Assembly (NCBI RefSeq): GCF_006345805.1
Contig: NC_043005.1
Coordinates: 60,078,001 to 60,142,000, forward strand
DNA length: 64,000 nucleotides
Reading direction: 5' to 3'
Origin: Octopus sinensis
Taxonomy: Eukaryota
The stretch's first letter is position 1, and the number at the start of each line of letters is the position of its first letter. The notes below the pieces were generated by a model, which saw only the letters and a program-made list of their open reading frames with translations, was not told the origin of the DNA and did no database searches. This document shows positions 39,956-52,683 of the stretch, in pieces. A program made the position numbers and the translations under genes.

Positions 39956-40215
39956 GCGGGAGTGCCATGATAGTAGTAGGATGTTAATTGGTCAAGTGCT
40001 CTGAAGGTGGTTTTGCAATTTTTTTTTTCTTTTAAATTTTCTTTAAATTTTTCCAAAATTTAATTATTTTCCATACTTACAGTTGAAAGAGTCTCAATGA
40101 CTGAAACTGCTACTGAAATGTTTTCTACAAAATTATTTTAGCATTTTCTACCTTGACTATTTCCCCATATATATCAACACGTGTGTTCCTCTTCGACCTT
40201 CTCTCTCTGTCTCCC

Positions 40216-40289
<74 letters not shown>

Positions 40290-40315
40290 TATATATATAT
40301 CTATATATATGTATG

Positions 40316-40352
<37 letters not shown>

Positions 40353-40374
40353 GTATATAATATATATATATATA

Positions 40375-40732
40375 AGGTACATCCAGGCTTGGGCCCCGTG
40401 CCATCCGCCCAAAACAAAATCGCACTCTCATCTCATAACAACAATACGGCACAATTATTTCACCTCAATTGGCCCCGCTCTCTTTAACATTACACAAAAC
40501 ACATTAAACAAACACTGACCCTATAGGGTTCAAGAAGTCTTTGGACAGATTCCTTCAAGAATCCCGGATAAACCCCCTACACCCGGATATGTCTCTGTAA
40601 ACAATAACTCTCTACTTGAGTGGGCCTAGTGCCCAAATTCTGACTTGAAAGACTTCACCAGGTGGTGCTATAAGTTAGACATGGCCTGGGCCAATAATGC
40701 CCGAAACCTATCAAAGTATCAAAGTATCAAAG
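40375..40732 (+). mobile_element. 3' end of a CR1/L2-group LINE with tandem-repeat tail
   Basis: [16 protein letters not shown]...IPDKPPTPGYVSVNNNSLLEW resembles a LINE C-terminus; it ends in (TATCAAAG)3 and lies between (TA)n tracts. Confidence 0.75.
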
Positions 40733-40810
40733 TATATATATATATAATATATATATATATATGTATATATATATATTATATATATTATATATATATTATA
40801 TATATATATG

Positions 40811-40870
<60 letters not shown>

Positions 40871-42149
40871 AGTGTTTATAGCCATAGGTAATTATACACA
40901 AAAGGAAAACCACAATATTGTCTTGCCCGCTTTCATTGATCGTGCTATGTATCAGAACGTATTTTTCCGTGGTTTGAATATCCGACAAACTTCTTCAGCA
41001 AGCAACGAAGCCGCTTCCTGGTTTTTCTTCTTAGTGTATAATTATCTAACGGTTATGCCTTCGTGTATATATATATATTATATATATAATATAAGATATA
41101 TATATATTATCTATATATATATATATATGATTTACAGTCTACGGACAATATTTTATGCATGCTGGTCACTGGTTTCAATTATTATTAATAATGTTTACCC
41201 TTAATATGCTTATGCATATATAATATTTCAAGGGTGATTACAATATGTGAATATGTTTTATTTTGATTTATGAAGAAATGTGTCTTAGTTGTTGTTTTGT
41301 GGTTTCAAATTCGCAATTACGTGCAGCTCAGTGGGATGCATAGAATATTAATGTCTCCAAAATTGTGAATGACTTTAGTCGGACAATAACAGTGCTCAAT
41401 TGTATCAAATAGATTGTACATTAGTATTCAAAATATACACATTCTTAATGTGTTTACATACTTCAGAAAATCTGGAGATGTTTTCGGCGCTGATACACAT
41501 CGTTTTCCCTCTTCAATAAAAGGATTATTGACCTTAGTACATGAAGAACGAAGTTCTAGAAACTTTTGATCGTTACAAGTCGATTTTCAGAGATATTATA
41601 ATCTCACTGAAATGAATAATTGCGTTCGCGAAAATTGGTTTAAACTGCTGTATTTCAAATATCATAATTATTATTTCTTCATCTTGAATGGAAAAGAGAC
41701 ACGGTCAGCATTTAGGTGATAATAAATATACATTCAGAATAAAAATAGTGGTGAATCTTCGGTTTTGTTAAAATTTTTAGCTCTTTCAGATTTGAAAGGG
41801 CGACGCCTCATGCGTTTTCAATGCATCTACGAATGTGAGAGAAATGGTAAAGCTATTTCCAAAACGTACCCGTTACAAGAAATAATATTTAGTTCGTAAT
41901 ACGTATAAATCAGATGCCAGTGGTAAATATACCGTACTGGTGTTATGTCTACTGTGATCACATTAACTTGACACATATTGTATACTTACACAGCACAAAT
42001 AGTAATTATGTTTCATGAATATGCTAATGGTAGTCTCTTGTAGTCAGAAACAACCAGTCTAACAAATTCTTGCAGAACAAACTGTGAAGATGAGCTACTT
42101 ATGTTGATCAAAAAGATTTTGCTGTACATTACATTACTCCCTCTATCGA

Positions 42150-42293
42150 ATCGACGTTGCCTGGAAGGTGTCGAAGTGATCGCAAAGTAATTTGAAATGA
42201 AGTGTTGTGCTCAAGAACATAGCGCACAGCCCGCTACAATAATTGAAATCACTATCGCAAGATCGTGAGTGCAACACTCTTACGACATGGCTA
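42150..42293 (-). mobile_element. Degenerate tRNA-derived SINE head
   Basis: Minus strand GCCATGTCGTAAGAGTGTTGCACTCACGATCTTGCGAT..TTTCAATT, tRNA-like head followed by CORE-like TTCTTGAGCAC. Confidence 0.5.
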
Positions 42294-42304
42294 TGTCTGT
42301 CTAT

Positions 42305-42393
<89 letters not shown>

Positions 42394-42467
42394 AGTCTGT
42401 CTGTCTGTCTGTCTGTCTAGTTGTCTCTCTTTCCGTCTGTCCCTCTGCCTGTCTGTTTGTCCGTCTT

Positions 42468-42518
<51 letters not shown>

Positions 42519-42578
42519 GGGGTGAGATATAGATATCGGTATGTATATATGTGTGTTTATATATATATAAAAACACAC

Positions 42579-42618
<40 letters not shown>

Positions 42619-44792
42619 ACACATATGTATAGGGATATATATGTAGGCGTGTGTGTGTTTGTGTGTATGTGTGTGTGTGTCTGTGTGCCAAAATGAGTGA
42701 CGCAATACTAAATCAACGTTTTGGCTTTTTTCGTTGATTTTCAAGTGAAACATCTTAGACTGTTAATAACAGTCTAATATCCAAGAGCATATTCTCTTTT
42801 GCGGTGTATAAAGGACTAAATTCACCAATGTGAGATTATTTTTCTTCTATAGGACGATATCAGCGTTCTGGCTGATATTTTATGAATATCATTTTAAAAG
42901 TTTAAAATACGCTGTGTTTATTATTTAATTTAGAATTGATGAGCGTATGGAAATTGCAAAAGGATTGAAATAATACCGGAAAAATTTTACATGCTATTCT
43001 GAAATTCGAATTTTCAGATTCTAATTACAGAATCATAAGCATTACACCAAGAGACCATTTCTACATGCTGTATAAATACGAAAATATTTCTTATTGCTAC
43101 TTAAGAATATTTCATTGTTTAGCATGTTTTTAAAAATTCCCCTTTGAAATAATTGTCGAATGAAATCAAATCTCAAAGTGTAAATGATAATGTGTTGAAG
43201 AAATGTCATCATAAATTCAATGATAAATATTGATTTTAATCAATGCGGCAAGCTCGAGTGACAATAAGAGATATCATTCGATGTAAGAAATATTGTGTGT
43301 GAAGAACAGAAACACATAGAACATGTACAGAATTTTTAAATCTGTAGGTGTGAAAACTTGTCATAATTTCGTTGAGAAATCATATTTATATTACTCAAGG
43401 ATGTCGTTCGCGTAAAGCCTTTCTCAGGAGGACTAATAGAAATGGAACATAAAATGGTTTGTACTGCCGTACTTCAGGACACTTTGAACATAGTGTCAGT
43501 GTTTGTGACGATGATGTGTTTCGCCACACAGCATACATTAATTAGTTTACTTTATGTTTGTTTTGTATACTAGAGTACAGCAACTGTTAATACTGGTTTA
43601 ATCACGGATGTCCGTACAGATCGTTTATCGAAATAATTAAAATCTCACTGATTTTATGTTTATATCGAAGAAGAAATCAATGAGTCAGCACACAAATTTT
43701 GCATCAATTTTGTTAGCTATATTTTAGCTATACAGAACCAAGTTAAAATCATAACAAATTTAAAAACCACGTTTTGCACCAAGCTGATACTTAGGTATAT
43801 AAAGTGGTTTCTAACGTAATTATGTGATCACAAAAAAATGTACCCCCTTCACTTAAATGGATAATAATTGATCTGTCTGCTCGGGAAATTAAATTGCTCG
43901 AATCTACCTTCTTATATAATAGGAAACGTTTCTCGTAAGTATGCTTTCAAAGATGAACAATATTGGAGACAGTTTGGCTCCATAAGCAATTATAACAACT
44001 GAAGTTTTCAATACAATCTTCCACTCGTTACTGTTTGTAAAAAAATGCGATGTATTCAATGATAAGCGCAAGAATTCACAAGAAGATAAACAAAAGTAAG
44101 TTTAATGCATATATTTTTATAGAGTACACAACAGTTTGGAATGAAGTAAACAAAATGACTTATGTAATAGACTTTTTTCACAGCTGTCTCGGGAGAATCA
44201 TTGCTCTAACTGTAAACATGCGTAATAACTGCGTTAGTCTGTGTTTATCAAGGGAAGGTAATTATATAACTACTTCCGTTTACTTTCTTCCGTAGTGTGT
44301 ATTTTTTAATCCATAAAGATCTACGTGTTAAACTATCTTGTGTATATATTTTCCTTTATCCCTCTATAACACTTCGATATGGAACATTCTTATAGCTAAC
44401 TTGCATATGTGTGTCTAAGAGTATATATATATATGAGGAGGTTATTTAAAGCTCTTATAGGGATATTTTTATCCAAGATACATTGGTTTGATATATTGCA
44501 TTGTGAAGAGTAATTTCTTCTATATATATATATTATATAAAGTATCATAAAATATTAAATATTAAGTTTGAAAACGGAGAGATCTGATGGATACAAATTA
44601 ATTTACTAATTAATTAACATATTCGCCTACAGTTGTTTCATTTTACAACCGACATTAGAACTACAAATTATATATAAATATATAAACTTGCATTTTAAAA
44701 TGCCTTGGATGGAAATCACCAGGGTGCACAAAAGGACATTACAATGATTACATTGTGATCCATTGGTATATATTTTGATCCGTTGATATGTG

Positions 44793-44865
<73 letters not shown>

Positions 44866-44885
44866 ATGTGTCTTTTTGTTCTTAT

Positions 44886-45106
44886 TCGTGTTTCAGTCAT
44901 TTGACTGCGGCAATGCTGAAGCACTGCCATGAAAAGTATTAGTCTCACAAATCGACCTCAGGACATATCTGAATCCTAGTACTTATTTTTATCAGCCTCT
45001 TTTGTCGAGCCATTAGGTTATGGGGATATAATCACACAAACACCGGTTGTCAAACGGTGATTGGGTCAAGAAATTGACACAAAGTCACACACATATTGAT
45101 ATATAC

Positions 45107-45198
<92 letters not shown>

Positions 45199-45387
45199 TA
45201 ATATGTATATATATATATACACGATAGTCTCCTTTCAGTCTCCCTGTACCAAATCCACTCACAAGGTTTATTCGGCTGGTGGCTATAGTAGTAGACACAA
45301 GCCGAAGCTGCCACGCAGTGGATCTGAACCCGGAACCGAACCATTTTTTGGGAAGCAACCTTCTTAGCACACAGCCTCACCTTCGCC

Positions 45388-45388
<1 letters not shown>
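44886..45388 (-). mobile_element. Full-length CORE-type SINE (diverged)
   Basis: Reverse-complement similarity over both halves of 12602-13041, with an internal (TA)n. Confidence 0.85.
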
Positions 45389-45437
<49 letters not shown>

Positions 45438-46319
45438 GACAGATAGATAGATACATACATACATACATACCTACATGCTACATACATACATACATACATA
45501 CATACATACATACATACATACATACATACATGCATACTTACATACGTACGTATGTATGTATATTTGGTTGGTGCGAAAAAGGTACTTTTTACACATAGCT
45601 TCTAACTATGTTTGTTTACAAAAAAGTCTTCATTGTATCATCCTTTTAAAACAACTGTGTTGAAATCTAAAGTTCCCAAATTTAGATCTTCAGGCTCCGC
45701 AGCTCACTTACAATTTTGAATAATGAGTGAAAAATCAATTTGTTACACATTTGCCGTCCTTCATTTTGATTTTTACGTTCATTGTCACGAATAAATTTCG
45801 TTTTGGGAAAGTCTTTAAAAACATGAGTGTTAAAATGTCAAACTCTAAAATGTATATCTTTAGGCTCAGCAACGCACTTGAAATTTCGAAGTTATGTGAA
45901 ATAGATAGAGTTTTCGACTTTGTTCTCCTTATTATTTTTAATAGTAGGTCACCGAATATATGTGTTACACGTGTAAGCCAATTTTTGATTCTTGACATAT
46001 TTTTGTTTTAAAAATAATAAACATTTCCAATCTATTCGACATCATTCCATGTAACTAAAGAATACGAATCGTTGTAGTTCATTCCTTTTTTATTCCAGTA
46101 ATAGAACCAATTAATTATTTTCGTAGAAGAGAGTTAGCATCTCTCTCTCTCTCTCTCAAATAAAGAATGGAACAGTCGAAGATTTGTTGTTTTTGGAAAT
46201 ACCTAAAACGATACAATGTTTGTTATGTTGAAAATAGCTAAAAACTAAACAATTCTGATTATTGCTGCATTAACTTTCAATTTGAAGTCCGTTTTTGTCT
46301 CGAACACCGGCATTTTTTT

Positions 46320-47938
46320 TCTCCTGTTTCGATTCGACTCCTAATGAAACCGTCTCGCCTGTTCTCGCCACAAACATTAGATGATGCTTCTGTCGTCACG
46401 AATTTTACACATCTCTCCACAGCTTAGGTGTGGCAGGGTAATTTTCCCAGTTGCATGTAATGCTGCTGTTGAATAAAGGTATCGATTTCTTCGACGGAAA
46501 CCGCCTGTGTTAGGGGTGGTTCAGTAACAATAGTATCCTGTCAGTTGATTATGTCCATGTAGTTTGAGACAGCAAAATTTAGGGTAGGAATTTTGAAAGG
46601 TCGCACAGATTTCCCTTTATACTGTATTCGAACCTACATTATTCGTCTTCATGCTAGTTCTCGAATGTGGCCCCTTTTATCGTTTATCATGGCCAGTAAA
46701 ATATTTTCTGGTTGCGCAAAGAAAGCATTCCATTGTATAATTGGAAATGCAATGTCTTCAAACGCTTAATGTATTGTCTTGAACATACTTAGAGCCCCAT
46801 TTTCTGAGGAAAAGTTGCCTTTAATTGTGAACCACATTGGCACATAAACTTTCATTATGTAAGCGAAAATTAATTTCATCGTGTTAGAAGGATTTTCGGT
46901 GGCAAATTACAGCCAAAGCATACGATTTGCAGCTATAAGCCATCGTGAATGCGCCATTTTAACGTGATTCCTTAATGCCATTTCAGATGAACATTTCCCT
47001 TCAGAAATAGACTGGTGGATATCAAGAAGGTATTTTTGTTCAGAGCTGAGATCGTTTCTGTCTAATGATCGTAAGTCCGTTGGAATCGGACTAAATTTCA
47101 CAACACTTAGTGTTTCGCATCGATCCCGTCTCTTTCCAATCGGCCCAAGAAATCCACAACGCCCAGTAGTTTTTCCGTCGAGATCGTTAATAAGATGGCG
47201 TAAATGAAGCTCATTTGCGCGGAGTTGACACGATAACCAATGGCTTCTTCAATTTATCCTCCAAAAGTCTAATGGCGCCTCTTGTTGGCCCTGTATTGAT
47301 TGCTGTACCAGTGAAAAATGGAACTGGAAAATCTTCATCTTCGCCTGCTGATCTATATCCAGATTCACTGCTTGATGAAAACACTATCAATTCAGAATCC
47401 TTTGCTGACGTAGAATGGCCACTGTGATCTGGCCGATTCTTTCTAATCAATCTCTGGACATTGTTCGATTTGTCCGTTGTTCCTGTAAAAACTCTTTTCT
47501 CTGTGGTACTTTTTGGTCTCTACTACAACTGCAGATTTTAAAAGAGTTGCACTTGCAACAGGAAATGTCAAATAAATCTTTTGTTGCATCGCTTTTAAAC
47601 ACTTTCCAGATTGTTTGAAATGATAGCAGATTTTTTCTATTTTTCCGATTTTAGTAGTGCTTGGTACTTTAGATAAACGTTTAAGATTTTCGGTTTAACT
47701 GACTCAATCGTAACACAAGGGATGGATGCCTTTTGGCAAAGAAGAATTATCTTTTCTGCTACTATCTTGATAACTTGTTTAATTGAAGGATCTTAACTAC
47801 ATACTTTTCGTTTTCTCTTTGAAATAAAGCACATTTTAGTACACCCTTGTAAGTTTGCAAAACTTGTTCGCGAAGATCTCACGGAGTACCAAATATTGGG
47901 AATTCAATATCATGATGTGTTATTGGCTTATGAGTCAT
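46320..47938 (-). pseudogene. Decayed, internally deleted DDE transposase (hAT-like family)
   Basis: Manual translation: N-terminal PIFGTP*DL..TYKGVLKC; LFDISCCKCNSFKICSC; GTAINTGPTRGAIRLLEDKLKKPL; H..EL.LRHL..LDGKTTG; DLSSEQKYL..HSRWLIAANRML; NAFFAQPENILLAM; LPCHT*AVERCVKFVT..VCG..RDGFIR. The superfamily call is tentative. Confidence 0.75.
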
Positions 47939-49344
47939 CACGAAATGTAAACAACAGTAAATTCAACACGACCACAAGATCATTACTTTTAATACAATGG
48001 CCTAAAACAAGGTAAAAAGCAGAAAACTTCACACACGTACAACGTACACACAACGACCGTTGCAGTGGCAGTGGAGAGACGTTCATACTCTCGTTCTATT
48101 CATAGTCATTGCGGAACCTCAAAGTATTATTTGTCAATTGTATTGAAACTTGGTATGGAACTTCGTAACAAACTTGTTTATACTGTGTTGCATCCTGCTA
48201 TCTAGAAATACGTATTTGTCACGACTTATAATCCATAATATCCAAACTTTGACCCCCAAAAGGTATTTCTAAAATGTTCAATTGTGCTGCGGTGCCTGAA
48301 CACTATTTAACTGCAATGTTCTTTATACATCTTTCTTTTAACTCTAACTTCCAACAAAATATCGATTCTTTGTTATCAATTTCGAAAGTTGCGTTTTTCA
48401 CCCCATGTACATATTTACTTTAATATTGTAACTTTTTCAAACATAGTCTTGCCTATCACATTTTAGCCTCGTGTAATATATATATACATATATTTTTTCG
48501 TTTGCAATATTAATATGTAAATGTAAAACTCTCTATGTTTTTTTTCTACTAGTTCATCTGTTACGTTATATTCTACTATACACACCTGGCCTTCTTTATT
48601 ATACTTTGTCTTGACCTGTTACCATTTTTTAAAACACACCCGTCAGCTTTTCATTCTTACTTTTATGTTATAATTTACCGCACATATAGACCTGCATACA
48701 CAATATGTCTGTCTTTTTTTCCAGTTTCGTCTCCATTAATATTATTATTAGTTATTTTTCCTCTTTTAAAACGTGCTTGCAAATATCCGATTTTTTCCCT
48801 ATTACCCCACTTGTATTCTCCCTTACTGCATCTTATTTTCATTTACTTTATTTTATTAAATATTTTATTAAATATTTTTTTTACAAAAATTCTTCACACA
48901 GATGAAAATGACAATGCATAAATTTAATTATAATTACTATGGTTATAATTTTTTCACTACACACCTTCCTTTCAAGCACTGATGTAAGTAGCGGAAGTGA
49001 ATTAGAGCAGTAAAACTTAAAGCACATACACAGCGGAATTTAAGTTCAATCTGTCCCAAGAGGCAGTACTCTGGTTATAATTTTTTTGAAACGCGCTTAT
49101 GTACTGAATCCTATTTTGTATTAAAGCTAATTTTGATTCAACATCTTTTTCTCCTCCATTTTTCTACAATTGTTTATGGTATTTTTATGCCTATAACGAT
49201 ATTTTTCAACAACTATTTTCATATTCTTATTAATTGTTCTGGGTGTTTTTTTTATGAATAAGATGTATCTTTATTAGAAATCATTCTTTCTCTCTTTTTC
49301 GACCTCTCAAAATGTTTGAATTGGTCTCTTTTGAACTTATTTTT

Positions 49345-49397
<53 letters not shown>

Positions 49398-49487
49398 GGT
49401 ATGTATGTATATATATAAATACACATACACACAGACACACACACACGCACACGCACACACACACACATACATATATATATACATATA

Positions 49488-49628
49488 TGAGTGGCTGTGT
49501 AGTAAGAAGCTTGTTTCCCAACCACATGGATTCATCCCAGTGCGTGGCACCTTGGTCAAGTGTCTTCTACTATAACCTCGGGTCTTGTGAGTGGATTTGC
49601 TGGATGGAAACTCAAGGAAGCCTGTCGT
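49488..49628 (+). mobile_element. CORE-type SINE, 5' half
   Basis: Matches 12605-12750 with a small internal deletion. Confidence 0.85.
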
Positions 49629-50094
49629 GTGTGTGTATATATGTATGGGTGTGTATACATATATATTGTAGAACAAGTAGAAAGATATATTTTTCAATTC
49701 GTAAATGCTGATAGAGACTAGAGGATCAAACTCACACCCAACTAATTTCTGATCAGAGAGTTCTACCCTTAAGCTAACCTGCCCTCCGACAAATTTTTGT
49801 TTTGCAATTTTAGAATTTATAAATCATCCAGAAACGCTAGATGGTATATAGATTAGTCATATGTAAACAAACATAAGTTTGGTTTTGAAGTGGTGAAATA
49901 TATTGTAGTACATTTAGAAAGATATTTTTTTCAATGCGTAAATACTGACAGAACTTTTCTGCTCTGAAAGGAAACTTATCCTACATATGGTGTTCTATAA
50001 GTATTTATGCATTGAAAATTTACATCTTTCTACGTGTTCTACGATACATTTCAACGCTTCAAAAAGAAACTTATGTTTGTTTACATATGATGCA

Positions 50095-50126
<32 letters not shown>

Positions 50127-50282
50127 CAGACCACCCGTGACACTTTGGGTCATCCAAAAACTGAGTTTCCTAGCAATGTAGTTGTGTTTCATGGATTTTT
50201 TGCTTACCAGGTTATTTCGCGTGCTTTTAACGAATGTGAAACTGACATCACGCGTAAACGGCTCCCTTCCACAGAAAAAGAC

Positions 50283-50396
50283 AGATTTGGCTGCTATTTT
50301 TTGCACGCCTCCTATCACGCAACAGGTATTTCGAGTCCTTTATCGCTAATAGCAGTTACGTGGTAGCAGGGCGTGCTAGAAATAGCAGCCAAATCT
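50283..50396. repeat. ~48-bp-arm inverted repeat (MITE-like hairpin)
   Basis: AGATTTGGCTGCTATTT..GCACGCC..CTA.CACG.AAC..TATT pairs with AATAGCAGTTACGTGGTAGCAGGGCGTGCTAGAAATAGCAGCCAAATCT. Confidence 0.75.
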
Positions 50397-50888
50397 TTGG
50401 AGGTGAGATATGTTGAATGCACTCGAAAAATGGGTCTTCTATGAAATATTTACCGTATTTTTAAAGTCATTTTCACTTTAGAATATTTTTTACATACGCC
50501 AAAATGTTACTTTTTGTAATGGCATTCACTTGAAAATAATTTTACAAAACATTTAAATATTGACTTTTTAAAGAAAACTAAAATATACATACTTACTGTT
50601 CAAACAAATAACGTTTTTGAAATCACATTAACTTAAAAGTATTTCTAAATGTTTAAACTATTGTTTTAAACAAAAGCGAAAATAGAAACATTTACTGTAA
50701 AAAAAATCGTATGTCTTCGTTGTCAACTCACTGTGTCTAATCGAAAGATAAGAGCTTCTCCCCTTTCAGGATGAAGATTATTTTCGGAACATTTTCCCAT
50801 TATGCGCAGTTTTAGGTATTTATCCCGCAAAAGCTCTAATATCTCGAAAACCACTTTACCGATTTACGCGAAACTTGGGTCTTTTAAT

Positions 50889-51655
50889 TTTATCACCAGT
50901 CAGTATTCCGTCCAAATAAAGGCTCATTCGTGAGACGTAACAGCAATAAAGAACACACATTCAATCTCTGCGCTGGATTAGCCTCATAAAGTTTGTGAGG
51001 AACCCATTGACCCAATATGCTGACATATCTGATGGCACATAGGTTTCGATGAATAGCTGAATGACCAAAGCCAAGCTTCTCTGCTACTTCTGCAACAGTT
51101 AGAATAGAATTTGTTACACCAGGGTTTGCAGTACGCCGTCATCTAGCTCTACTGATCTTGAAGGACGAGGCTCGTCTTCTAGGCTGTAGTTTCCAGCTCG
51201 GAATTTCTAGAACATCCAATGAAAGTGGCTTACGCTATATATCCGATCCCCATATACTGCATTAATATTCTTCGCAATTTTCGGGGCATTGTTATCTGTA
51301 TTTGAACTGATAAAGCAAAATATGCCGAATATGCTCCTTTCTCACTTCCATTATAACTTTTAAAAATACTGCTAAAATTGAACTGCACTCTTCAAAAGTT
51401 GCACTGAGAATAAGTTTTTAGTTTTGATTACTACATGGTTTTAGAGCAAGCTGATTCGTGTAGTTTATCTCGTTGATGTGTAGCCTAAAAAATTGTCTTA
51501 GTGTACGTGTCACCGATCTGAGTAGAAGAACTCCAGTCTTTTCCGACGTAATCTCCTCCTAGAATTTTTCAACGTTCATGCAATTGAAAAATCTGCATGA
51601 CGACTAAAGACTGAAGCGAGTAGAAAAGAATAAGATGCAAGCAGCATAATACATA
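50889..51655 (-). mobile_element. Mariner element 5' half (HTH region, truncated at the start of the catalytic domain)
   Basis: ATG at 51351: MEVRKEHIRHILLYQF..KFRAGNYSLEDEPRPSRS..VAEKLGFGHSAIHRNL..GQWVPHKL..ILTGD. Contains stops and frameshifts. Confidence 0.85.
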
Positions 51656-51676
51656 TATGATGAACATATATGCACA

Positions 51677-51905
51677 TAAGAGGTCTGATCAATAATTATC
51701 CAGGCATACTAACAAATCTAAAGCACGCAGAGTACTGCCTCTTGGCACAGATTGAACTTAAATTATGCCGTGTACGTGCCTTAAGTTTTATTGTTCTAGC
51801 TCAATTCCGCTACTTACATCATTGCTTGGAAGGAAGTGTAACCTATAATCGTGGCATCGACCATAACAGTGAATGTTGGCATGGCGATACCTACTCAGGT
51901 ACACA
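51677..51905 (+). mobile_element. 5' end of a second mariner-family element
   Basis: TA-AGAGGTCTGATCAATAATTATCC TIR-like start; family assignment from recalled octopus mariner ends. Confidence 0.5.
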
Positions 51906-52266
51906 TAGTTTCAGAAAGTGCATGGAGAGGAGTGTATGGAGAGGAGTTTATGGAGAGGAGTGTATGAGCCGCGTCATAGTGCTACTAAGAACAATGACGC
52001 TCACACACACATACATACATACACACACACAAACGCAGATGTATGCGATTATTAGGATACACACACATCATAGACGAACAGAATGGAATAAGCAGAGCAA
52101 GAGCATACACGAAAATGGAAAGTCTCACTAAGGATGTCACAGGTGAGTGACGAAAGATTTCCGGACATTGGACATGAGTTCTATCATCATCTTAGATAAT
52201 ACTTAGGCCCATATTACTAAAGAATTTGACTAGATTTCGTTTAACTTTTTGTAGTTTTTTATTAGA

Positions 52267-52520
52267 ACTAAGGCTAACTTACTTGGTCTTACTCTGAACT
52301 TAAATACAGCCTTATGTTTCCTATGCCATAAACCTTCAACCAACCTAAACTACATCAGCATTTTTAGTAACTACCCTACCACTATAACAAAAATTTAGTT
52401 AAAAAGATATCGCTTAGGATCTCTAAATTATCTGCCAACAAAATCGTTTTCAATAATAACATTGATTTCTATATTTCAGCTTTATAAAAAGCAGGATATA
52501 AGGAACAAATTGAATACTAT
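52267..52520 (+). pseudogene. Old Hydra-type PLE, RT thumb fragment (left half of a split element)
   Basis: TKANLLGLTLNLNT..HKPSTNLNYISIFSNYPTTITK(fs)LVKKISLRISKLSANKIVFN..SAL*KAGYKEQIEY aligns with VVNFLDVSLDLNN..RKPNDRLSYINVGSCHPPIVFKNLVKNISKRISSLSSNENIFN..ALKDSGLSEKIKY of the 25-kb element. Confidence 0.75.
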
Positions 52521-52683
52521 AATCACCTTGTCCCTAACTCTTCCCCCAACCATTTAGATGATAGTAATCACGCTATTGATCATAAAAGAAGTAATAATAA
52601 CAATAATTATACTAATAACAATAATAATAGTTTAAATATTTGTTGTGCAAGATTTTTTATGTGAAGTCGTGTGTTGAAACAGA

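Noticed and set aside
40690-40710. GGGC..GCCC-GAAAC resembling hammerhead stem II
   Set aside because: No CUGANGA upstream; it is part of a LINE 3' UTR.
40880-41060. CUGAAGA plus a short hairpin on the minus strand, between TA tracts
   Set aside because: No stem III/NUH arrangement or stem I could be formed.
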